Positions 53,766 through 64,000 of a DNA stretch of 64,000 nt are shown one piece after another; position 1 is the stretch's first letter; every line of letters starts with the position of its first letter. The notes beneath the pieces are model-generated. The model did not search any database. It had not been told where the DNA came from and worked only from the letters and a program-made list of their open reading frames with translations. The stretch is from the human T2T-CHM13v2.0 reference genome, Homo sapiens. The DNA is taken from the NCBI RefSeq assembly GCF_009914755.1, contig NC_060939.1; one strand, 5' to 3'. Both the position numbers and the translations under genes were made by a program.

Positions 53766-54392
53766 AGCACCAGCCAGTTCTAAAAAACCAGCCTCCTCAT
53801 TCCACCCACCTCCTGGAGTCTGAGGCACTCTTCAGGGTTCTGAAATACCCCTCCTGGCTGTAGGCCAGTGGTCTGGAGACCCCAAAGCTGACCTGGTTCT
53901 CTAAACACGTTCTTTAAATCCAGGCAGGAAAATCGACATTTTGGACATGGACTGTTACTCTAAACACACAGGGGGAGCTGTTTCTTAGATCCCCCCACCC
54001 CGGCAAGAAGGGTCACTTTGCGAAGTTCATAAATCAGTGCACCTCTCTCTCCTCCCTGTGGATGGCTCCATTGGCATCTGAATTTCCATGTGATGAAGGT
54101 GCCTTAATGAGATGGGCTGTTCTGTAACCGCAGAATTGGGGTGAGTGCAGCAGGAGGTGTTTAGCACGGGGCTGAGTAAATGTCATCAGCTATTGTCGTC
54201 ACTACCACTATTGTCATCTGCCCTGGGCAGCCCCCTCTTCTGGGACAGCAACCACACCCTGTTGTGCACCCCCAACTTGCAGCTCCAGAAAGCACACCCA
54301 GGAAGAAGGCAGTGGTCTTCATCGCTATCTTAGAAAGGCGGCCAGATGGCAGTGTTCTGGGAAAAGGGGAGGAAGCTCTCCCTTTAGAGGCT

Positions 54393-55042
54393 GCCAGCTG
54401 GGACACAGGACCTCATTAATCAGTCTCCATTGCAGAGTAAACATGCTGGCTCCACCACTGGATTCAAGGGCCTTCAACTCCTTTCGGAGATCCCCTTTGT
54501 GCTAAAGCCCCCTGCCTTGGGGGACCTGGAATATCCTTGTCCCTCTTGTGCTTTCAAACTAAAACTAGGTAAAGGTCTAGAGAGGCTGTACTGTGAGGTC
54601 CTGGAGGGGCAGCCCCATGAGGTAGCTCCATGACAAACTGACTATGAGGCCAGCTGTTTCCTCCACACTCCACTTCTCTGGGCCCCCAGGCTCCCCATCC
54701 CAGTTGGAAACCAGGCAGCCACATTCTAGCTGTTGAAGAAGGCAGGGGCCCTCCCCATTTAAGAAAGGGGCCCAGCTCATGGGGAAAGGGCTATGCACCC
54801 ACAACAAAGGTGGGGGGTAGGGAGAGAGGAGAAACTATGCCTCTTCTCTTTGCTTCCTCACCCCCACATTCTCCCAGCTACCCCAGCTCAGAAGGGGCAA
54901 GGCCCAGGGAAAATGCCCCTCACTCTTGTCGTCATATCTAGCCCCAGCCAGCTGGGACACAGGACCTCGTTAATCAGTCTCCATTGCACAGTAACTATGC
55001 TGGCTCCACCACTGGATCTGGGGACCTTCAACTCCTCCTTTC
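54393..55042 (+). repeat. Dispersed direct repeat, ~95 bp x2 (54393-54485; 54947-55042)
   Basis: gccagctgggacacaggacctc(a/g)ttaatcagtctccattgca...ccttcaactc; 4 mismatches in the first 71 nt. Confidence 0.95.
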
Positions 55043-55049
55043 AGAAACA

Positions 55050-55235
55050 GAGTACCAACGGTGTTCCTGACCTGTACCAGGCCATTCTCTTACACACTTT
55101 TGATCCCATTTGATCTTTATGATAGCATGTGGAAGTAGAGATTTTACAAATGAGGAAACAGGCTCAGAGAGGTCAAGGCATTTTCCCAAGGTCACACAGC
55201 TGAGAAGGGGTGAATCTGGAAACTCCAGTCTGCCC
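55050..55235 (-). mobile_element. MIR SINE
   Basis: attttacaaatgaggaaacaggctcagagaggtcaaggcattttcccaaggtcacacagct. Confidence 0.8.
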
Positions 55236-55779
55236 TTTTGTAGCCTGATGAGAGCAGCTGTGCCAGCCCTGCCCCAAATGGTTGAGCCCACAAGGTGGCC
55301 ACAGCATCTCTGCCTGAAACCTACATTGAGGGGTCAAGGGGAAAAGGAATGCCTGGCCTGGCACTGCTTACACCTGCTCTGGGAGAACCTGTCCGTCTGG
55401 CTCCCTGGGCCTTCAGAGAAAATGCCGTGTGGGTAATGGTCAAGGTGTTAGATTTTCCTGGAGAGGAAAAGCAGTCACCCCCCAAGGCACAACTTCTTCC
55501 TTGCTCCCTGCTTGGCAGGGAGTCGGGCACCCAGCACACTGCCAGGGCTGAGAGTGGGAAACAGAGAGGGAGTGGGCATTGAGGGGTCCAGGAGGCAGCT
55601 GTGCCCTCCTTCCCACCCACTTGACCACGGGCCACTCACTTGACTGGGCCACTGAAAAAGATTCATCAGAAAATGTTAATATGTTCTAAAAGGGTCAGGG
55701 GTCACAAGTGTCACCCATCCCCCAGGAGTTAGGCAGTTAAGAGGAAGTGGGCCCACTGAGGGGGTTAGGGAAGTGCCAC

Positions 55780-55925
55780 CCCACATGGGCACACAGTCTC
55801 AGGACTGCCAGGCCTCCCGATTTTTCAAGAGAAGCCAAAATTCAGACTTTGTGCAGAAAATGCCCATTTTTTAAAGGTTGGCCACTAATTCGATTTTTTT
55901 AAAGTACCATGTGGGCCAAACATCT
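55780..55925 (+). mobile_element. MER102-like hAT-Charlie fragment
   Basis: ccgatttttcaagagaagcc...ttttaaaggttggccactaattc...gtgggccaaaca. Confidence 0.6.
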
Positions 55926-56140
55926 TGCTTCTGCCCTTAGATGTTCCCATTGACCCAGGCTCAGTGGATATCAGCACAGTGTAAGCCCTTTGCTCACACA
56001 GGGCTCCCCACCATGGACACCCTCCCCTTCTTTCTGAATCTTCCCATGTCACTTCTTGGGTCCTCTCCATCCCCAACCTCCGGAGCCATAGAGGGGTGCC
56101 TGGACCCAGGCCCAGCACTTCCCAGTTCCCAGAGCCCCTT

Positions 56141-56858
<718 letters not shown>

Positions 56859-57187
56859 TCCTTTCCATACACTCGCATCTGAGCCTCAGGCATCATGGTC
56901 CCCTTCTAAAGATGTAGAAACTGAGGCTCAGAAGGGACAGAGTCTTAAGTGGGTGGGCCCTGACCTCAGCCCAGGCCTCCTTCTGCTGCCCCAAGTCAGT
57001 GAGCTGATCCCTCCTGCAGCCCAGGGAACACAGGCAAGCCCTTTCCTCCTGTGCTCCACCAGACTGAATTGGCCTGAGCACAGATGAGGACACCAGGCTG
57101 TTGTGAAGAGCAAGACACCAGGATTCTGGGGGCAGAGGAAGCACTGATTTTACTCAACTCTCCATCCTCAGTAGGCCTTTAAAAAAA

Positions 57188-57693
<506 letters not shown>

Positions 57694-60149
57694 TGAACAC
57701 TTTTGATTGACATTCTGTGGTGGAGCAGGGCCCCAGTCCCCAGAAAGGGCCAAACTAGGCTGTAGGTAGGCTGCTAGTGGCTTTGGTAGTGGGAATGGAT
57801 GATGGACTAGTTGGATTTTTCTCCATTTGGAGGTGATGCTGGCTCTGTTATGTGCAGTCTCATTGATTTTTTAATCAAGAAATTGCTCCATTGGTGGGGT
57901 AGGCAGGGATGGGAATTAGGCTCAGGGGCCTAGGCTCACAGAGAGCTGGGGCTCAGGACCCAAAACAAGGCTCGTCATGGGAGACTGGAGAGGTGAGGAA
58001 ATCCACAAGCCTAAGACATGAAAGAACCGATGTCCTTTCTCTGTGTTTTACACATACGCACACACGTGCCCAAGGCATGTATGGAAACACCAGCACATGC
58101 ACACACATGCGTAAACAGGCAGATATACACACAAACACACTCATAAGCCTCCAAGCCTTTGCTCACACAGGGCTCCCCACCTGGGACGCCCTCCCCTTCT
58201 TTCTGAATCTTCCCATGTCACTTCTTGGGTCTTCTCCATCCCCAACCTCTGGAGCCATAGAAGTGTGCCTAGACCCAGGCTCACACTTGGGGTAATACCC
58301 ATACCTAACCCTCTACAGGAGTTCTGGGTGTCAGTGGGGTGAGGGCTGGGGGAAAGGGTCCTGAAGCAGGTTCAAGCCCAGGGCCCAGGACAGTCCCAGG
58401 ACTGACAGCGGGGCAGGGAGGCATCCTGAAGCTGCCAGGATGGGAGTGCTGAGCCTGCTGGCAGGGGTCTGATGAGGCCCCTCTGTAAGGAGAAAAGAAC
58501 AGCCCAGGCTGGGCCAGGAAGGGCCTGAAAACGCCTCCTTCAGTGCCCTCTCCTGGAAGCCCTCCAGGACTGCCAGCTGCTCTCTCCTTTCCCTGAATTC
58601 CTCAGCCCCGACTATTGGCAGAACCCGCTGGATACTATGCTCAGGGAATTTTAAATCCATCTTCCTGGAGCCCCCAACCTTTGGGATCAGCTCAGACCCA
58701 GGATTGGACTTATAAAATCCAAGCCCCTCAGCAGTGAGGAGGCAGCCTCCTGCACCTAGCAACGGAGAAACCAGACCAAATATGATTGGTCACTTCTCTC
58801 TCATGGGAGGGAATGCATGAGCTGATTGGCTGGTGATGCTTATAAAAGGGAGAAGCCAGTGGGCTCAAAGAAGCAAACCCATGCTAAGAGAGATGGTCGG
58901 GCTTGGCTGTCTTCAAAGAGGACAGTCCCAGCTCAGAAGTCCTCCGTCACCCAGGCAGGCCAGAGCAGAGAACTATCCAGTGGAGGGGTCCCGTTTCAGC
59001 CACACTCCCAGCAGATTTCAACCTTGGTATTCCCAGGAAGGTGGGCCCAAACTCTCAGTCTGCTCATGGGGCAGAACTATTTGCAATGAAGTGAAAGGTT
59101 CTGGCACTCGGAGGGTTAAGCCTAGATTAACCAGAACCAACCTATCCACGTTCCCCAGAGGGCCCCAGCACCCATAGGCGAGGGTGTGTTTCTGGAAGGT
59201 AGGCAGGGGTCCAGCCACATCTGGGAGAAGCCAAGAGCTTCCAAGCTGGAGGGGCTTTGGGGATGATGTAGCCCAGTTGCTACTACACATATCAGGAAAC
59301 GGTGGCCCAGAGAAAGGGAGGCAGGGGAGAATTTGTCCTTGGTCACTCAGGTACTTACAAGCAGATGGGACTGGGACCCAACTGGTCTGTCCAGGGCTCT
59401 TTCCCCTGCACCACTCAAGCCTGCAGATCCTGTGTTGGGCCCGGCTCTTGTTTACCTTCCTGCCTTTGCATATACGCCTGGGATGCCTTTCCCTCCACCT
59501 CCACCAGGTAAGCCCCCACCCACTCTTCAATTTTCAACCCCAGGATCACCTTGTCTAGGAAGCCCTCTCAGGTGCCCTCTTTGTTCATCTTTGTGCTCCC
59601 GAGGCCTCCTGCACACCCAGCTCTGGTCACACTGGACTCTCACTGTGTGTTTACATGTCTGTCTCCCCACAAGGCTGTGACCCCTCGAGAACAGGGTCCG
59701 TCTGCTCCGTCCTCATGTCTCCGCCAGCCTGGTCAGGTCCAGGGCACAGCTAAAGGCTGATAAGTAAATGTCTCTTCAGTAGAGGAATGACAGACTTTGG
59801 TATTTTAATCTCACAGTTTTCTTCCAACATGATTCCCGTTTTCTGTGTGCCCAGCCCTGTGCTTGGTCAGAGAAAGAGGGGGAAGAGCAGAGGTCCAAGC
59901 CCCACTCTCAAGAGCTCCCAGTCCGGATCAGGGCAGATGTGTTCAGTCAAGGGTCCAGGCATCGTGAGCTTGGGGTTATTACTTAGAGACCTGGGTGCCA
60001 GGAGTGGGAGCACTAGACGCGGCTGAAACTGGTTTTGCCCTGGCCTGGGTGCGCATGCAGCAGGCAGATCCTAGGAGGGGGCTGTCTGCTTCCCTAGGTC
60101 TTCCGGGCCCATTGTAAAGCTGTGAGACCACTGCTCTGAAGAGCTCTCA

Positions 60150-60285
60150 GGCCCCATTGCACAGCTCCAGGGGGCATTTCCTATGTGAGCAGCACAGCCC
60201 TGGAACTCTGCTTCATAGACTACAGTGTGAGTGACACCCACCCCCGCCCCCCCAACCCCCTCAGAGCTATGTGATGCGGTGGCCC
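60150..60285. mobile_element. MER91-like hAT MITE remnant
   Basis: ttgcacagctccagggggc...catagactacagtgtgagtgacaccc...gcggtggccct resembles the palindromic MER91 consensus. Confidence 0.5.
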
Positions 60286-61046
60286 TTGGGGGCTCAGGGC
60301 ACATGAGCTGATGGTGGGCCCCAGTGGGAGTCCCTAGCCTCACCTCTGCAGCATCCCTGTTGGTGGCCGCGGATGAGGGCTGATGACAGACTTCCAGCTG
60401 AGACGCCCCCGCCCAGGACGGTCTGGGTGCTCCCAGCTCTGTGTCTCTTCCCAGCCCCTGCTCTCAGCCTCCCACCTCAGGCTTCATCCTGCCAGAGTGG
60501 AGGTGGCCAGTGGCCCTCTAGCTGAACGGGCCCCTGGATGGCAGCCACGCAGTGGTTAACCACAAGATGTCTAGCTACTGCAAGGCCGTATTTACATTTT
60601 CCAATATCAGGCCAAGAAATGGCTAATGTAGCAAAAAACGGTTACTCCATGTAATAGTGGCACCACCAAGCCATTGTGTGCCAGTCACCATACATCATTC
60701 CTAACTCGCACATAAATTCTGGGGAAAATGTGTTATTAGTCCCATGTCGCATATGAGAAAACTAAGGTTCAAAGAGGCTCGGGCCACACTGTGTCATGGC
60801 AGAGCTAGGACTGAAAGGTGTCCTGCCTGACATCAGAACTTTCCACCTGTCCCCTTCTACCCCCACCCGCAATCACCCTCTGGCCTCAGGGACTGTAAAG
60901 GCAGCAATGGATTGGGTCTGAAGTAGCTTTGGCCAGTGTGAGCAGAGAGCACTGTACAGTAGGGGGCCCCTACTCAAGGCTGTGGACTACCCTCTCCTGC
61001 AGCGGACAAGAGCCGTCTTCTGTGTACTGCATGTCAGTGTGGTTGC

Positions 61047-61142
61047 GTGTACATGTGGCAGTGTGTACATGCGGTTGTGCATACATGTAGCTGTGTGTAC
61101 ATGTGGCTGCATGTGCATGTGGCTCTGTCTACATGTGCCACA
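61047..61142. repeat. Degenerate minisatellite, 16-bp unit x6 (consensus gtgtacatgtggctgt)
   Basis: gtgtacatgtggcagt|gtgtacatgcggttgt|gcatacatgtagctgt|gtgtacatgtggctgc|atgtgcatgtggctct|gtctacatgtgccaca. Confidence 0.85.
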
Positions 61143-61199
61143 TGAAACAGTTATGTGCCCTGGTCCCAAAAACACCAGCATCAATTTCACTCATTCACA

Positions 61200-61345
61200 C
61201 AGGCACTAAGAGCAGGGAGCCTGGGAGTCACACTGCCTAGGATCATGTCCCAACTTTGCCACTTATCTGTGATCTTGGGTGAGTTACTTAATCTCTCTGT
61301 GCCTCTGAGTCTTCATCTATACACTGGGGATAATAATAGCTTCTA
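61200..61345 (+). mobile_element. MIR SINE
   Basis: ctgtgatcttgggtgagttacttaatctctctgtgcctc...ggggataataatag. Confidence 0.8.
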
Positions 61346-62139
61346 AGTGGAAAATCTGCAAAGGTCTCTTGAATGGCCAAGATGTCTGTGGAAACTCATA
61401 GGATGTGGGCAAACAAGGCATTGAATCCTTCCTCACAGAGTTAAATGAGTTTCTATCCAGGACCTGTGCCTGGTAAGTGCTATACGGGTGTTAGCCACTG
61501 TATTTTTCAGCAAAGGCTTATTGAACACCTACTGTGTGCCAGGGAGCATGATAGGGGCTGGTCTACAATGCTAATCAAATTGACAGGCAACAATCCCCGC
61601 CTTCAAGGGGATCACAGTCTTTTGAGGCTCCTCAAAGCAGTCTCCTTCCTTCATCCACAAACATGCACTGACGGAGGAGACAGGTGATGACTGAGGCCAA
61701 CGCATCTGGGAGGATGGAGGAGGGAAGAGGTGATGTCGGGACTTCACCCTCTCTAGTTTTCCTCCTGTCCTCCTGGCCGCACCTTCTCAAACTGCCCTTG
61801 GGCTCCCTGTCCTCTGCCAGCCCCAGTCCTGTGGGGTGCCCAGGACTCTGTGCTCCGGCTCTTCTCCCTTCCTGCCCACCCGCACGAGCCCGCCCACCTT
61901 CTCCCATCTCCACACAGATGGCCCCTACATCTCTGTTCCAACCTGGCACCCCCAGCCACTCAGTCACCCAAGCCAGTAGCCTGGGAGTCCCCTGTATCCA
62001 CCCCCATGCCCACCCCACCCAACCACTCCCTAAGTGCTATCCACTCTACCTCTGGCACCGCTCTTGAATCCACCCATTTCTCTCCAACCCCACTAGGCCC
62101 CTGCTCCAGTCCATCTGTAGTAGGTGCTGTTGATGCCTC

Positions 62140-62551
62140 ACCCAGACTCCGTTTTCAAGCCAGGACATTTGTCTACTAGCTGCGGGTGGTGTTGGCTGTT
62201 AACAACTCACAACTGTGCCCTTCTAGGGAGCAGTGCCCTCAGCCAGTGGAGACCAAACTTTGGTCATCAGGAAATGCCTGGCGGGGGGTGCCTACTCTTC
62301 CCCAGGTGCAACCCACGGTCAGCAGGCAGATCCAGGAACAAAAGCCGCCCCTCGTGCCCTGACAACTCTGCAGTGCAGTGCAAGCACCAGAGCTCCCCAG
62401 GGGATTGGGTCCAGACCAGACTTTGGCTGAACCAGTTCCTCACCTTGGTTCTGCTCCTGTCCCACCCTGCTCCCCTCACCCCTCATGTGTGTCACTGAAA
62501 GCACTCAGATCCCTTTCCAGGCTCTGCCTTCCAGGAACCCAACCTAAGACT
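62140..62551 (+). mobile_element. ERVL solo LTR, LTR16-like
   Basis: 3' end caggctctgccttccaggaacccaacctaagac, plus internal gacaactctg...ccagagctcccc, match the remembered LTR16 family. Confidence 0.65.
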
Positions 62552-63284
62552 CCATCGCCCATGTAGGGCCAGTCACAGTGACATCTCCAGGCCCTGGGAG
62601 GCAACCCAGAGGACAGGTGGGGCCACTGGGGCCTGGGGAGGCGAATGCCAGGATGCTGAGCCCCCAGCCACCTTGCCCCCAGGCTACCCTGAAGGAACCA
62701 GCCAAAGCCTACCTGGTCTCCCTGACGCTGTGATTAAGTTTTGTGCCAGACAACGGGGAGCTGGAGCTTTCCCTCCTCCCTTTTTCTCTTTCCCTTTCTC
62801 TTCTTTTCAAAGGCTGAGCCCAAGTTAATCAGATAAATTCCTCAGCAGTCGCACCAACAATTTTTCTAAGGTTCAGTCTCCCCAGAGCGACTCATAATTA
62901 CTCCAGACTGAGACATTAAAGCAAAGGGGAAAGAAGAGTGGGAAAAAAAGATGTTTTTAATTAAAAAATTAATTTTTCCAACACTGACGGCTGCCCAGCT
63001 GTGGCACTTCCCCACTCAGGAGACCATCCCCTCTATCCATCTCTTCCTCATCAAACCTCAAGGTTGGGGGGTGGGCCTGGGAAAAGCAGCCCCCTCCCTG
63101 AACAAAGTCACCTCCCCCTCCAGCGGAAGCCTCTCTGTCTCCCCTCCCTCACCTGCAAAGTAAGTGGTAGGACTGCAGGATTCTACATGGGAACCGCAGA
63201 CAGAGGACACAGGCTTTGGCGTTGGGCAGACATGGGTTCCAGCTCTGTCACTGAGGATGCATGTGGCTTGCCTAAGTCCCCTCA

Positions 63285-63448
63285 CACTTCTCTACTCAAG
63301 TGAGGTCCTCAGGCCAGCGGTGTCGACATCACCTGGGGGCCTGTTAGAAATGCAATTTGGACCCCATCCCAAATCAGCTGAATCAGAATCTGTGTTTGAA
63401 TAGGATTCCCCGTGACTCATACCCACAGAACGTTTCAAGAAGCACTGC
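63285..63448. mobile_element. MER5-family hAT MITE
   Basis: catcacctgggggcctgttagaaatgca...ctgaatcagaatctg...agaagcactg. Confidence 0.75.
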
Positions 63449-64000
63449 TTTGGTCAATCCGAGCTTCAGCCACCTGGAAAGTGGCTTAGTTTGCAAAGAT
63501 TACGAAGTTGTGCAAGAAAACAGTTTAACAATCTGTAAAGCAGGAATCTTAAAAAAATATTCACGAGTTGTTAACCTGGGCCATTCCAGTGCCTGGAATC
63601 AAACCTCATATCTGGTTCAGGAGCTTGACCCCATGAGCCAGAAGCTTTCCTGCTCTCTTGAATACTTTGCTCCCTGTATCTGGGGCCCAGCCAGAAGTTT
63701 CCTAAAGGAACCAAAGAGTTTGCAATGCAGGAAATCTTGACTGGAGAAAATAGCCGCCCACTGTCTGAAGCACTGACCATTGTCCAGGTGCCTCCCCTGC
63801 TCACTGCGTGCTGGGGCTGCTGGTGGGGTTAGGGCTGCTGTGGGTGAGGGGAGCTCACACTCCAATGCCATGAGGATGGACCTGTCCACACTAGACAGAT
63901 ATCAACAGCCACAGGCTCCCATTCTTACCTTGCCATTCCTTTCTGGGGTCTTTCCTAAGGACACAATCCGTAATATGGACAAGTTTCACACCAAGAAGAT

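Overview
This is primate, very likely human, genomic DNA: GC-rich and dense in Alu, MIR, L2, old L1, MaLR/ERVL LTRs and hAT-type MER elements. I find no protein-coding exon, RNA gene or CRISPR array that I can support; the ORF track is noise from GC-rich, low-complexity and repeat-derived sequence. The main unique feature is a ~2.2 kb CpG island (~40650-42815) holding a probable first exon of a minus-strand gene, ending at a consensus donor GACG|GTGAGT (41487/41486). On that reading, 1-41486 is a first intron of more than 41 kb and ~42.8-64 kb is upstream sequence. The layout reminds me of CDH22 (20q13), but I cannot confirm that from the sequence, so no symbol is assigned. I see no new multi-gene system. 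The best leads are: a near-cognate AUC codon in near-ideal Kozak context plus two uAUGs in exon 1; a well-defined 115-nt candidate cryptic exon next to a UG-rich tract; plus-strand donors suggesting divergent or antisense transcripts; two short, high-identity dispersed duplications at 54-58 kb; an RFX/CCAAT/TATA promoter-like module at 58.7 kb; a four-tier G-quadruplex grown from an Alu tail; and several AT-rich homeodomain/SOX motif clusters. Repeat subfamily calls come from remembered consensus sequences and their boundaries are approximate.
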